This document shows, piece by piece, positions 47,811 through 59,698 of a DNA stretch of 64,000 nucleotides. This DNA comes from an uncultured delta proteobacterium (GTDB lineage: Bacteria > Desulfobacterota > Syntrophobacteria > Syntrophobacterales > Syntrophobacteraceae). The DNA is taken from contig CAWEHK010000023.1 in NCBI GenBank assembly GCA_963808625.1, positions 1-64,000 on the forward strand. The letters run 5' to 3'. The position numbers and the translations under genes are program-made. How positions within the stretch are numbered: position 1 is the first letter of the stretch; every line of letters starts with the position of its first letter. The notes under the pieces are model-generated. The model saw only the letters and a list, made by a program, of their open reading frames with translations, was not told where the DNA came from and ran no database searches.

Positions 47811-48899
47811 ATGCGGAAAAGAATGGCATTTTTTTCCTTGGCAGTTCTCTTTGCTCTTGTGGTTATGGCTGGCTCCGCCGGGGCTGCAGCGGTAGCCAAC
47901 ACGTCCCAGAAGGGGAGCCTTCTGATTTTCCCGAAGATCGTTGCTAAAGGAAGTCAAACCACTGGTGAAGCCATCGTGGATACCATCATCTACATCGGCA
48001 ACGACAGCAATATGGAAGTCTGGCTGAAGTGCTTCTGGGTGCCGGAGGACGGAGGTCCCATTGATTTTCTGTTTAAATTGGCTCCCAACCAGCCAGCCGC
48101 CTTTTCCGCCTGGACCGGCCTGGGAACGGTCTTGGCTCCGCCATTTTTTGGAGGTGAGGGTGAATTGGTGTGCTGGGCAACTGATCCTGGCGCTACCACA
48201 CAGATTCAATTCAACCACCTATATGGCAGCATCCTGATCAAATCTCCCTTCGCCCTTGTGGGTTCCAACGCCTGGTCGTTTCGAGCCCTAAAAGATCCCA
48301 GCCCCGCCAAGGGAGGAATTCCGGGCAAGTTGCCGCTTGATGGTGTGACTTATGATGCCTGCCCCCAGTATCTGGTCGCCAACTTCTCGCCGGCGGAACA
48401 ATTGCCGATGGGCCTTGAACCGGACCTGACTCTGTCTCTCTGCCGAAAGAATTTACGCAGTTATGAAATCCTTCCTTGCGCGAAAGCCAAATTCGAGATC
48501 TGGAACGCCGACGAATCGAAGTTCAACGGCGCCTATCAGTGCCTGAGATGGTGGTATGAAGGACTGCTCGACCGGATGGGAAACGACCCAAACCAACACG
48601 GGCCAGGATCTGGCGGAGATAAATTTGCTTTTGGTTCACTCAAGACCTTTGCGGCCCGGTTCCAAGTTCGGGGCGTCTATGGCGCCGGATGCGCTGGTAA
48701 GACCGACGGTTGTTATCCCGCTTCCTGGGGAGACAAGGGAAAAACCACCCCCTTCGTCGGCCTTATGCTTTATTCATTTACCATACGTTCTGATGATACC
48801 TTGATTACCATCCCTTATACGGCATACACGCTCAATGGGGCATTTGCCGATACGTCCGGCATCATCCTGTGGAATCCGAGCCAGGTGATTCCTGAATAG
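47811..48899 (+). CDS. Exported Cys-containing hypothetical protein
   Basis: RBS AAGGAGG, signal peptide, SQKGSLLIFPKI and YDACPQYL; partial paralogue at 41546-42046. Confidence 0.85.
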   Translation: MRKRMAFFSLAVLFALVVMAGSAGAAAVANTSQKGSLLIFPKIVAKGSQTTGEAIVDTIIYIGNDSNMEVWLKCFWVPEDGGPIDFLFKLAPNQPAAFSAWTGLGTVLAPPFFGGEGELVCWATDPGATTQIQFNHLYGSILIKSPFALVGSNAWSFRALKDPSPAKGGIPGKLPLDGVTYDACPQYLVANFSPAEQLPMGLEPDLTLSLCRKNLRSYEILPCAKAKFEIWNADESKFNGAYQCLRWWYEGLLDRMGNDPNQHGPGSGGDKFAFGSLKTFAARFQVRGVYGAGCAGKTDGCYPASWGDKGKTTPFVGLMLYSFTIRSDDTLITIPYTAYTLNGAFADTSGIILWNPSQVIPE

Positions 48900-49103
48900 G
48901 CGCCAAGGCGCTAAGAGGATTTGCTCCACACGATCAAGAAGCAAGGGATTGGAACCGGTCTTCATTCCCTTGCGTTTCTTCAGCAATTCGTCGAACTGAG
49001 TGGACGGTCACCTCATCACAGAACGATATCGTCAACAAATGGTCGGCGTTCTCAACAGACTCGCATCAGTCCACGGTATGAGCTTCAGCCTCGCGAAAGG
49101 GAC

Positions 49104-49890
49104 CTATGGCGATAGCTCTCTAACTGATGCACTTTCTCTAAGAGAATCTGACTGGAGAATGACTCCCTGATCGCCCACGGCAACGAACGATTTATTGTCA
49201 AAGGTTATCGCATTCATAAACGTTGCACCAACTCCAGCCGATCCCTGAGTCCAAAGCTTCCCGTCTGGCGATGTGAGGCGGAACCGTCTACTCTTATTGC
49301 AAGGAATGTTTTGTTGCCGTAAGCAATTCGGTAGATTCTTTTATCACTGGTTCCAAAAAATCTGTTTGTCCATGTTCTTCCGTTTTTTGATGTAAGAATC
49401 GTGCCCTCTTCGCCAACCGCAACGAATATTCCGTTGCCGTAGGCTATGTCATAGAGCCCCTTGGCAATTCCTGATGATGTTTTGGCCCATTGTATCCCGT
49501 CTGGTGATGCGACGATGGTGTCGCACTTCTTCTGACGGTCGTACCTAACACCTACAAATACTTTATTGCCATAGGCCATTATTTGATGTGGTTGATTCGT
49601 GGCATACCGATATGTCCACGTTTTCGCGTCTGTGGAAGTCCAAAGTTCGTGGTACAGCGTCTCCGTGTTGTCTCCATACCAAGATGATGTGGCAACAAAT
49701 GTCTTATTGCCATAGACTATAGCGTTGAAGTATCCTTCACCCCCACTGGTATTCGTCCAGAGTCTCCCATCCTGGGAGGTGATAATTGTCCCGCCATCAC
49801 CAAAAGCAACGAGGGTGTGATTACCGCAGGCTATGCCCCCTAGGTCGTAGTACCCCGTGTGGTAGCTCCAGTCGGGACCTGCCAAAGAAA
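49104..49890 (-). pseudogene. Beta-propeller repeat protein fragment (5' end lost at IS66 junction; frameshift near 49280)
   Basis: Repeats IAYGNGIFVAVGEEGTILTSKNGRTWT occur about five times; the last repeat AITFDNKSFVAVGDQGVILQSD is in the shifted frame. Confidence 0.75.
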
Positions 49891-49892
49891 TC

Positions 49893-51143
49893 TTACGCCG
49901 GACCTGATTCGTTTTATCCTCTATCAGCACCACCATTGCCACGTGACCCAACCCCTTTTGCTGGAGCAACTGTGCGAACTGGGTATAGACATTTCCGCAG
50001 GGCAGATCAGCAATATCCTCATCGAGGGAAAGGACGATTTCCACCAGGAAAAGGATGCTGTTCTGGCGGTTGGCCTTGAAGTGTCGAGTTATGTGAGCGT
50101 CGATGATACGGGAGCGCGTCATCAAGGGAAAAACGGCTACTGTACGCATATTGGAAACGAGTGGTTTTCCTGGTTTGAAAGCACACCCACTAAGAGTCGG
50201 ATCAACTTTCTGCGGCTGCTTCGGGCTGGACGCACGGATTATGTCATTAATAGTGATGCTGTGGCCTACTGGGAAGCGCATAAACTGCCACGGGCAGTAC
50301 TCGATCTTTTGTCCGTGGATCAGCCCAGAGTTTTTGCCGATGACGCTCAGTGGGAACAATATTTGAAGGAAAAAGGCGTTCAAGGCGCTCGGCACATACA
50401 AATTGCCACGGAAGGCGCATTGATCGGGACCATCATTGAACACGGTATTTCAAGGAATTTGGTTGTTGTCAGTGATGATGCCGGTCAGTTCGATGTTCTG
50501 TTACACGGTCTTTGCTGGATACACGCCGAAAGAAGCATCAACAAAATCATTCCAATGAGCGAGCAGGGCAGAGACGATTTGGAACAGATACGCAAGCAGC
50601 TCTGGCAACTTTATGCGGACCTCAAAGCCTACAAGGTGAATCCCCAACCGGCCGAGGCGGAACGTCTGGATCGGGTTTTTGATCAGATTTTCACGACGAA
50701 AACTCATAGTGTGTCATTAAACAACGCCCTCAAACGAATTTACGAGAACAAGTCTGAGCTTCTGTTGGTGTTGCGACACCCGGAAATCCCGTTGCATAAT
50801 AATCTCAGCGAAAACGCCATCCGCGAGTATGCGCAAAGACGGAAGATAAGCGGGGGAACACGAAGCGAAGCCGGTCGACGCAGTCGAGATACATTCACCA
50901 CCTTAAAGAAGACATGCCGAAAACTTGGTGTTTCTTTTTGGCACTACCTCGGCGACCGGCTTGGCAAAATCGCATCCATTCCAAAGCTTGGCTGATCTGA
51001 TTCGCTGCCGAGCCCTCGAACGGGGATAAAGAAACCTGACTTCTCCAAAACATTTGGGCTCCCTCCTCACACAACAACACGCGCTGTGGGCCCATTTCAT
51101 CATCCATCTCCATACTTCATACCCGCACTTATTGAGAAGTTAC
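49893..51143 (+). mobile_element. 5'-truncated IS66-family element (transposase C-terminal part, about 49893-51029)
   Basis: VDDTG, SDDAGQF, LCWIHAER, PLHNNLSENAIR...RKISGGTRS and TCRKLGVSF; right end ...ATTGAGAAGTTAC (GTAA terminus); left end not found. Confidence 0.85.
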
Positions 51144-51236
51144 GTTTCCATACCTCCATGAGACGACCCCCCACCGTCGTTAGGTGGTCTACTCAGGGAG
51201 AAGAGGAGTTGGAGGGAAGAACAGGAGGAGGAGAGC

Positions 51237-51620
51237 ATGGCTAAGATTTTGATTGCAGACGATGAGCCTCAAGTCAGGGAAATGCTTGAAGAGACCCTTG
51301 AAGAGCTTCATGATCAGGGGGTCGAGCTGATCATTGCCGGCAACGGGATGGAAGCCCTGGAGGCGATCCGCCAATACCGGCCCGAGCTGGTCTTCCTCAA
51401 CGTGCTGATGCCGAAGATGAATGGTCTCGAGGTATGTGATGCAACCAAAAACCAACTCGGGCTGAAAGACGTTCACATCGTCATGCTTGCCTCACCGGGG
51501 CAGGAATATGAACACCAGCGGCTGAGGGAAGTGGGAGCCGACGACTTCATCGAGAAGCCCCTCGATCCTGACAAAGTGTATGAAATGGCTGCAGCAGCCC
51601 TGGGGCTGTCGGGGATATGA
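51237..51620 (+). CDS. Single-domain response regulator receiver with Asp-to-Asn at the phosphoacceptor site
   Basis: ILIADDE...LVFLNVLMPKMNG...GADDFIEKP. Confidence 0.9.
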   Translation: MAKILIADDEPQVREMLEETLEELHDQGVELIIAGNGMEALEAIRQYRPELVFLNVLMPKMNGLEVCDATKNQLGLKDVHIVMLASPGQEYEHQRLREVGADDFIEKPLDPDKVYEMAAAALGLSGI

Positions 51621-51722
51621 TCTGAACCAACAGGGAGGCACGCGGCGAGGGACAAGGAGGCACGAGTAAGAGAGGAAGCAGTGACCTGTCGAAAATAGAT
51701 CATCTCCTGATCAGTTTAGGCA

Positions 51723-52640
51723 TCAGTCCCGTCTCTTCTGTAGCCACGCGGCATAAGCCCTTAAAAAGACGATCGAGCAAAAGAACGGAACGCAGTAAAC
51801 CATGGCGACGAGGGGCTCGAGGGGACCGAAAAATTCCGAACTGAACACGACCACCAAAATGTTGTTGATGAGTCCGAAGCTGATTACGCCCGAAAGCCTC
51901 TCGCCCGGCGGTTGCCCGAGCGAGGCCAGGGCGCCCGCCCCAAAAGAAAACACGGCCAGCACCACCGAAACCACCACCGCCTCCAGGATGACTGACGGTT
52001 TGTGATAGAAAAAGTCGGCGTACCGCGAGACGACGCCGAGAATAATCGCAATGCAGAGGGCGAGGGAGAGCCCATAATGATTCCGGGAGATTCTCTCAGC
52101 CGTGCGGGAAGAGAGGAACCTGACGAGCTCTGCGGCAACCAGCGGCGCGAAAATGACCTGGGCAAGAAGCCGAACCATGGCCGGCAGCGAAATCACGAGG
52201 GTTTCTCCCGCCAGCGTGCGCACGAGGACCGGCAGGGTAAAGGGCACTAAAATCGAGCTTGCGGTAACCATCATGATCACCAGGGCGGTATTGGCCTTGA
52301 GCAGGGTCGAGAAGAAAGGGGAGACAACGCCGCTCGAGATGCCTCCCAGGAGCAGGGCCGTCAAAGCGTATTCGGGAGCGATCGCCCGCGTCAGGTAAAA
52401 GAGCCCTACCGGCAGGATCACCAGCTTGAGTACAACCCAGCCGCACAACCGCAGCCCATAGCCTCGGGCCGCCTGGAGGATGGATTCCATGGGAATGGAA
52501 AGGAAGCTGAGGAAGAGCAGCACCATCATGAAGACCATCGGATACGGGCTGAAAGGCGCCCCGGCTTGCGGCCAGAGGATACTCACCAGCATGGCACCGA
52601 AGATGGCGGCGAGCATAACCCAGTCTTTGGTTTGAATCAT
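51723..52640 (-). CDS. Bile acid:sodium symporter (BASS)-like membrane transporter
   Basis: About 9-10 TM segments; SSGVVSP...KANTAL...ASSILVPFTLP and FGLINN. Confidence 0.8.
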   Translation of the reverse strand: MIQTKDWVMLAAIFGAMLVSILWPQAGAPFSPYPMVFMMVLLFLSFLSIPMESILQAARGYGLRLCGWVVLKLVILPVGLFYLTRAIAPEYALTALLLGGISSGVVSPFFSTLLKANTALVIMMVTASSILVPFTLPVLVRTLAGETLVISLPAMVRLLAQVIFAPLVAAELVRFLSSRTAERISRNHYGLSLALCIAIILGVVSRYADFFYHKPSVILEAVVVSVVLAVFSFGAGALASLGQPPGERLSGVISFGLINNILVVVFSSEFFGPLEPLVAMVYCVPFFCSIVFLRAYAAWLQKRRD

Positions 52641-52744
52641 TCGAATTTGCTCCCGAAAGTTCGCTTAAGGGGCCGGTTCAGATGAGGCTGCCGGAGTGGC
52701 GCCGGTTAAAGGTGACTTCAGTTAGTTCCAGCCGCCGCTTTCCT

Positions 52745-52799
52745 GTAGGAGCGCCTCTGAGGCGCATTTCAAAAGGTCGCGGCAGAGTGCCGCTCCTAC
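52745..52799. repeat. GTAG-type REP palindrome
   Basis: GTAGGAGCG...CGCTCCTAC. Confidence 0.65.
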
Positions 52800-53172
52800 G
52801 GGAAGCAGATTCCAAACCTCACGAGTATATGGTAGCAGGGTTGCGGTGCAAAAGAAATTGCCGGCGGCCCTCGTCAGGCTGAGGCGATGGTAAAGGTCGG
52901 GCTGCAAGCGACCCAGCAGAGAAGCTTTGATCAGCAAGAATAACAGCCATAATGGAGGCCGAGCCAAAGAATTGGCGGGTATTTCAGGCCGGCGAACTCA
53001 AATGATTTCATTTATGGAGAGTTCTTGTTAGCATAACAAGCCCGTATATAGAACCAGTCAGATTCCAGGGCGGCATTCTTCGATCGGAATGGCCGCCCGC
53101 AGACTTTCGCTTTTGACCAATCCGCAGGTAAGACTGACGTTCCGGAAAGCCTTGACGCGAAAAAGGGGACAA

Positions 53173-55785
53173 ATGAAATCACGGGAAAAAAATACCGAGA
53201 GCAAGGTCTTCCCCATCGTCGGAATTGGGGCCTCCGCAGGGGGGCTTGAGGCTTTCGAACAATTCCTGCGCAGCACGCCACCCGACACCGGCATGGCCTT
53301 CGTCCTGGTCCAGCATCTCGACCCCACGCATAACGACATCATGGCCGAGCTCCTGCAGCGTGTCACCAAAATGAAGGTTTTTCAGGTCAAGGATGCGACC
53401 AGGGTTGAACCGGATTGCGTCTACGTGATCCCACCCAACAAGGACATGTCGATCCTGCATGGTGTTCTCCACCTCATGGAACCATCTGCCCGGCGCGGGC
53501 TGCGTCTTCCCATCGATTTCTTTTTCAGACACCTGGCGGAGGATCAGAAAACGAGAAGCATCGGCGTCATCCTCTCCGGCATGGGAACGGACGGCACCCA
53601 GGGGCTAAAGGCGATCAAGGAAAAGATGGGCATGACCATGGTGCAGGATCCCGCCTCGGCCAAATTCGGCGGCATGCCCGGCAGCGCCGTCGATATGGGT
53701 CTTGCGGATTACATCGGCCGTGCCGAAGACCTGCCGGCAAAACTGCTCGCCTATGTCAAACACACGGCTGCCTCGAAAGCGCGGTTAGCCGCCGAGGAGA
53801 AGACTTCAGGCGCCCTGGAGAAGGTTTGTATCCTACTGCGAGCCCATACCGGCAATGATTTCTTCCTCTACAAAAAGAATATGCTCTACCGCCGCATTGA
53901 AAGACGGATGAGCATCCACCAGATCGACAAGATTCTCCTCTATGTCCGTTTTCTTCAGGAGAATCCCCAGGAACTCGATTTGCTCTTCAAGGAGCTGCTG
54001 ATCGGGGTGACTAATTTCTTCCGGGATTCAGACGCCTTTGAGGTACTGAAAGCAAAAGCCATCCCCATGCTCTTGAAAAACAGGATGCCGGATAACACCC
54101 TGCGGATATGGGTCCCGGGGTGTTCCACGGGGGAAGAGGCTTATTCCATGGCCATCATCCTGAGAGAGATGCTGGATGAGGTCAAAAGCAAATCCAGGTA
54201 TAAGGTCCAAATCTTTGCTACCGACATTGACAAGGACGCGATTGATAAAGCCCGTCACGGTATTTATCCGGGCAGCATTGCTGCTGATGTGTCTCCGGAG
54301 CGGTTGAAGAAGTTCTTCGTCAAAGAGGACGGCAACTATCGGGTCGGCAAGGAAATCCGGGAGATGGTGATCTTTGCGCCCCAGAACGTCACCACGGACC
54401 CGCCCTTCACCAAGCTCGACCTGATCAGTTGCAGGAATCTCCTGATCTACCTGAACCCTGAACTGCAAAAGAAGCTCCTCTTCCTCTTTCACTACTGCTT
54501 GAGGCCCGAGGGTATTCTCTTTCTCGGTCCATCCGAGACCACAGGGAGCCTTACCGACCTCTTTGGCGCCCTGGAGGTCAAATGGAAGCTTTATGTGCGC
54601 CGGGAGTCTGCTGCTGCCATGATGCAGGGACTCGAGTTTCCCGCCTCCCTTTTCTCTCCTGAAACGGTTGAAAGGGAAGGGTTGAGAAGAGGTGAGGGCG
54701 CCCTTGCGAGCAACCTTCAAGATCTGGCTACCCGGCTGTTGCTCCAGGACTTTACCCCACCAGCCGTGCTCATCACCGACCAGGGTGACATTCTTTATAT
54801 TAGCGGGCGTACCGGGAAATACCTCGAACCTGCGGCCGGGAAGGCCAATCTGAATATCTATGCCATGGCGCGTGAAGGGCTGCGATATGAACTGGGAAGC
54901 GGGGTGCAAAGAGCGTTAGCGGAGCATGAAGTCGTCGTCATTAAGGGGCTCACAGTAAAGACCGACAGCGCCCACCAAACGATCAACCTCACCATCAAAC
55001 CGGTAACTGAGCCGGGAGCGCTGAAGGGGCTCCTGCTGGTCGTCTTTGAGGATGTGGCAGGACCCCTGGTGACAAAACGGTCGCGCGGCCTAAAAATGGT
55101 CCCGGAAACCTTCCATGACGACAGGGTTGTCGAATTGGAAAGGGAACTTCAGTATACCAAACACAATCTTCAGAAAACCCTCGAAGAAATGCAGACTTCT
55201 CAGGAAGAGCTCAAGTCAGCCAACGAGGAGTTGCAGTCAACCAATGAGGAACTGCAGAGCACCAACGAAGAGTTGACCACATCCAAAGAGGAGCTGCAGT
55301 CCCTGAACGAGGAGCTGATGTCGGTCAATGCCGAGCTGGAGACCAAGATCGATGAACTGACCCTCACTCACGACGATATGAAGAACCTCCTCAACAGCAC
55401 TGACATCGCGACCCTCTTTCTTGACGGTGATCTGAACGTGAGACGCTTCACCCCGCAGGCGACCAACATCATTAAGCTGATAAGAAGCGACATCGGGAGG
55501 CCCATCACCGATATCAGGACGAGTCTTCACTATGACGCTCTGGTGGACGATGTGAAGGAGGTGCTCGAGACTCTTGCTTTCAAAGAAGTCCAGGCAATGA
55601 CAAAAACCGGGCAGTGGTACACGGTGCGCATCATGCCTTACCGCACCCATGAGAACGTTATTGACGGCGCGGTGATTACCTTTGTGGACATTACGGCATT
55701 GAAGCAACTGGAAATATCGCTAAGGGAAAACGAGGAGCACTTGCAGGCTCTTCTGAGCTGCCAAAATCCGGAGATGCGAACATGA
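53173..55785 (+). CDS. CheB methylesterase-CheR methyltransferase-coiled coil-PAS fusion
   Basis: [57 protein letters not shown] repeats. Confidence 0.96.
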   Translation: MKSREKNTESKVFPIVGIGASAGGLEAFEQFLRSTPPDTGMAFVLVQHLDPTHNDIMAELLQRVTKMKVFQVKDATRVEPDCVYVIPPNKDMSILHGVLHLMEPSARRGLRLPIDFFFRHLAEDQKTRSIGVILSGMGTDGTQGLKAIKEKMGMTMVQDPASAKFGGMPGSAVDMGLADYIGRAEDLPAKLLAYVKHTAASKARLAAEEKTSGALEKVCILLRAHTGNDFFLYKKNMLYRRIERRMSIHQIDKILLYVRFLQENPQELDLLFKELLIGVTNFFRDSDAFEVLKAKAIPMLLKNRMPDNTLRIWVPGCSTGEEAYSMAIILREMLDEVKSKSRYKVQIFATDIDKDAIDKARHGIYPGSIAADVSPERLKKFFVKEDGNYRVGKEIREMVIFAPQNVTTDPPFTKLDLISCRNLLIYLNPELQKKLLFLFHYCLRPEGILFLGPSETTGSLTDLFGALEVKWKLYVRRESAAAMMQGLEFPASLFSPETVEREGLRRGEGALASNLQDLATRLLLQDFTPPAVLITDQGDILYISGRTGKYLEPAAGKANLNIYAMAREGLRYELGSGVQRALAEHEVVVIKGLTVKTDSAHQTINLTIKPVTEPGALKGLLLVVFEDVAGPLVTKRSRGLKMVPETFHDDRVVELERELQYTKHNLQKTLEEMQTSQEELKSANEELQSTNEELQSTNEELTTSKEELQSLNEELMSVNAELETKIDELTLTHDDMKNLLNSTDIATLFLDGDLNVRRFTPQATNIIKLIRSDIGRPITDIRTSLHYDALVDDVKEVLETLAFKEVQAMTKTGQWYTVRIMPYRTHENVIDGAVITFVDITALKQLEISLRENEEHLQALLSCQNPEMRT

Positions 55786-58281
55786 CAAAAGATAAACCAA
55801 ACTCACCGGACTTTTCCGCACTGCGCCGCGAGGCGGAAGAGCGGTTCGCGGAGAGACGGCGGGAGACCGGTCAACCCCCGGGTTACGTTGAAAAATTGTT
55901 GCACGAATTACAGGTTCACCAGATTGAGCTCGAACTACAGAATGAGGAGCTTCGCAGCACCCAGGTGCAACTTCAAGAATCCCTCACGCAGTATTCAGAT
56001 CTCTATGACTTTGCGCCGGTAGGCTATTTCACCTTAAATGAAGAGGGACTGATTCTCAGGGCAAACCTTGCCGGGGCCACGCTCCTGGGTGTGGAGCGGC
56101 GCAATCTCATGAACAAGCCGCTGCGAACTTTTATTGCAAATGAGTCCCGGACAGTTTTTGATGATTTCCGTAGGACCCTCTTCAAAACGTTGACCAAGCA
56201 ACTGTGTGAAGTGAAGCTTTCGAGGGAAGGAAACCTCTCAGCCCATGTGCTGGTCGAGGGCATGGTCATCGAGGATACGCAAGGGAGCGGAAAACAATGC
56301 CGCATAGCAATCATTGATATCACCGGCCGGAAGCATGCCGAGGTGGCCCTTCGCCATGCTCACGACGAGTTGGAAGAAGGCGTGCGAGAACGCACCGCCG
56401 AACTGGTGGCTGCCAACCAGGAATTGCAGGCCGAGATCGCCGAGCGCAAACAGGTGCAGGAGGTCCTGAGCAAAAGCGAGGAACGCTTCCGCTCCCTGGT
56501 AACGGCCACCTCACAGATCGTGTGGACCACCGACCCAATGGGAGAGGTAGTGGATGATCTCCCCGCATGGCGTGTTTTCACCGGCCAGAGCGAGGAGGAG
56601 TACAAAGGTTCGGGCTGGAGTCAAGCGCTGCACCCGGAGGATCGCCGGCGAACCGCGGAAATCTGGAAGCAAGCCGTAAAATCACGAACGATCTATGATA
56701 CCGAGTATCGCTTGCGTCGTTATGATGGAGAATATCGGCACGTTGCCGCGCGAGGTGTGCCGGTGCTGGACAAGGATGGCAGCATCCGGGAATGGGTAGG
56801 GACCTGTACCGACATCACCGAACGAAAGCGGGCAGAGGAAACCCTGAGGCGATACGCATTGCTCTCAAAACATGCTCGCGAAATCATCCTCTTTATCTCT
56901 CAAGATGGGCGCATTTTGGAAGCCAATGAAGCCGCCTGTGCAGCATACGGGTATGATCGGGAAACTATTTTAGCCTTGACTGTTAACGATCTTCGAGCTC
57001 CTGAGACGAGAGCATCAGATACCGGATCAAATGGAGAAAGCCTTCAGCGAGGGGAATTTTTTCGAGAGCAGGCACGTGCGAAAGGACGGCAGTGTCTTCC
57101 CGGTTGAGGTAAGCTCCCACGGTGTCGAATTCGGTGAGGAGAAAATCCTTCTGAGCATTATCCGGGACATCACTGAGCGCAAACAGGCGGAAGAAAAGGT
57201 AAGCAGCGCCAAGGCAATGCTGCAGACGATCTTCGACGGTATTTCAGATCCCCTGTTAATGGTTGCAAAGGATTTTACCGTCAGGATGCTCAACGAAGCT
57301 GCATCGAGATACTATCGCATCGCCGACAGCGAAGAGACGGTACGGAAATTTTGTTACGAACTGGCTTTTGGAAAACATGAACCCTGTGACGGTTGCGTTG
57401 TGCGTTCGGCCATGCAGGAGGGAAAGAGTACAATCTGGGAGCGGAAAGGACTCTTCGATTCGGAGCGTACCGAAGAAGTGGTAGTTTACCCTGTAGACGA
57501 GGCAGATAGTGGGTTTTCCGGCGCCATTATCCGAATCAGTGACATCACCGAAATCAGGAACTTGGAGAAACAGATGATGCGTGCGGACCGGCTCTCTTCT
57601 CTGGGACAGCTTTCAGGTGGCATCGCCCATGAAATCCGAAATCCTTTGGCTGGAATAAGCCTCTTTGTCGATGTCCTCAGGAACGAAGAAAAATTCAGTC
57701 GGACCAGCCAGGAACAAATTATTTTTGAAGAGATCAAGCACAACATCCGGAAGATTGACGGGATCATCAAAAGAGTCCTGAGTTACGCCAGGCAGTCGGG
57801 TGATACCAGCCAGAGCAGGCTGGAGGTGCGCCGACTGATTGAGGAGGGCCTCAAGCTCTGGCGCTTAAGGCTGGAGAACGATGGCATTCAATTGAGATTG
57901 TCCCTTGAGGAGGACCTTCACGAGGTCCTTGGAGATCCCATTGAAATCCACCAGGTCCTGACTAACCTGATTCAGAATGCCCTTGAGGCTATGGACAAAG
58001 AAGGCACCCTCAGCATCAGCGTTCAAAATGGAAGCCTCTCCTGTGATACGAAACGCCCAGCGGTGATCATAAAGGTCGAGGACTCCGGCCGGGGAATTCC
58101 ATTCGACCAGCAAAAGCACATCTTCAATCCGTTTTTCACCACCAAGCATACCGGTACGGGGTTGGGGCTGGCCATCTCGCACCGGATCGTTGCCCGCCAC
58201 GGGGGGCTCATCTCATTCAAGAGCGTACCCGATGGGGGAACGACATTTACGGTTGAACTTCCCGCTGCACCAAGGGGTTGA
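55782..58281 (+). CDS. Multi-PAS sensor histidine kinase (frameshift near 57017)
   Basis: [18 protein letters not shown]-terminus and several PAS/PAC domains. A PAS domain is split across the two ORFs (PETRAS / IPDQMEKA). [24 protein letters not shown] and GTGLGL. Confidence 0.88.
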
Positions 58282-58336
58282 AGCGTCAGACGCACAACCG
58301 CTGCCCATAGTCCTGGGCCGCGTGCAGGATGGAGCG

Positions 58337-58479
58337 TTAGAGACTTTCCAAAAACAACTTGCCCTCATTTCAGCCCTTTTTCGAACCACGAAGAACACGA
58401 AGAGCACGAAGTAATCACTTCGTGCTCTTCGTGTTCTTCGTGGTAAAAGAGGGCCTTTTATTTTTGGACGCCCCCTTAA
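58337..58479. mobile_element. MITE-like element, copy B (inverted relative to 34426-34566)
   Basis: Ends AGAGACTTTCCAAAAAC / ATTTTTGGACGCCCCCTT; same internal ACCACGAAGAACACGAAG palindrome. Confidence 0.7.
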
Positions 58480-58496
58480 GGACATGAGGTGCGGAT

Positions 58497-59698
58497 TCAA
58501 GAGGAGACGCTTCCCCTCCGTTCCCGGGGAAGGTTCCTGAGAAAAAGGTAGGAAAGCGGCGGCAGGAGGATGAGAAAGCCGTAGAGGAGTAGATGGAAGG
58601 TCTCTTGCACCGCCACCTGGTCGGCCAGCCTGCCGACAAGGGGGCCGGTTATGATGAAGGCGACACGGAACGCCAGGGCCTGGAGGGACAGGATGCTTGC
58701 CCGATTCGCCGACGGGCTTTCGCCCTGGGTATGGCTGAGGAACATCGGCCCCCGCAGCCCCCGCATGCTGGTCAGGAGGTAGTAAAAGAGGAAGCCGAAG
58801 GCCCCCCCGATGAGCCCGAGTCCGCAATAGCCTGCCAGGATCAGGGCGATGCAGAGCAGGACCATGTTCCGGTCCCCGAGGGAAGCGTGCACCCGGTGGC
58901 TTGCCAGGGCAAAGATTGCTACCGTGAGATTGGCCCCGGTCCAGACCGGGCCGAACCAGGCCAGGGGCACACCGTGCTGCTGCATATAGGGCTGGATGAG
59001 CCAGACCGGATAGAAGGAAGCGAGCCCGAGGAACGTGTTGAGGAGGATGGTGGCGCGCAGGCGTCGGTTTTCAACGAAGGCGTAACGGGTGATCCGGAGG
59101 GCTTCCGCAAGGTGCGTGCGGGTAAAGAGCACCTGATCCCGCGGAGGTTCGTGCAGGGTGCGGGTAACGGAAAATGCTATGACCCATACCCCGATCTGGA
59201 GGAAAAACGGGAGGAGGGGAGCGGAGGCGTACAGCACCCCCGCAAACAGCGCCCCCAATGCCTCGCCCGTCTGGGCGAAGCCGTTCATACGTCCTTCGTA
59301 GCGGGCGTAGAGATGCTCCGCTCCTTGGCCCGCAGCGACTCATAAAGGAGTGCGCTATCGGAGCCGCTGATGAACGACAAGGCGGTGCCGAGGAGGATTT
59401 CGGCGGCCAGAACGTCGGCAAACGAGTCAGCTATCGTGTAGATCCCCCACCCGGCGGTGCCGAGAACGGTGGCGATGGTGAGGGCGTTGCGGTAGCCGAG
59501 GCGGTCGCTGATGTAGCCGGAAGGGTATTCGAGGACCACGGTGGCGGCGGAGAAGATGCTCTGCAAGAGGAGGATTTCCGTCAGGTTCAGGCCGATGTGG
59601 TCTTTCCAGAAGAGCGTGATGATCGCCATGGGGAACAGGGTCTTCTGGAGGAAGGAGAACGCGTAGAGTTTACCAATATTTGCGTGGAGTTTTGTCAT
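58497..59698 (-). CDS. MFS transporter (frameshift near 59322)
   Basis: LEYPSGYISDRLGYR and SGSDSALLYESL; continues in the shifted frame as AEHLYARYEGRMNG into ORF 58497-59288. Confidence 0.87.

Noticed and set aside
49214..50443. 409-aa ORF as a single gene
   Set aside because: Its N-terminal half is the antisense of the IS66 transposase; only the part below about 49890 is a real propeller-repeat sequence.
55200..55330. 21-bp DNA repeats in CheBR
   Set aside because: These are the ordinary NEELQST heptad coiled coil of CheB/CheR fusions.
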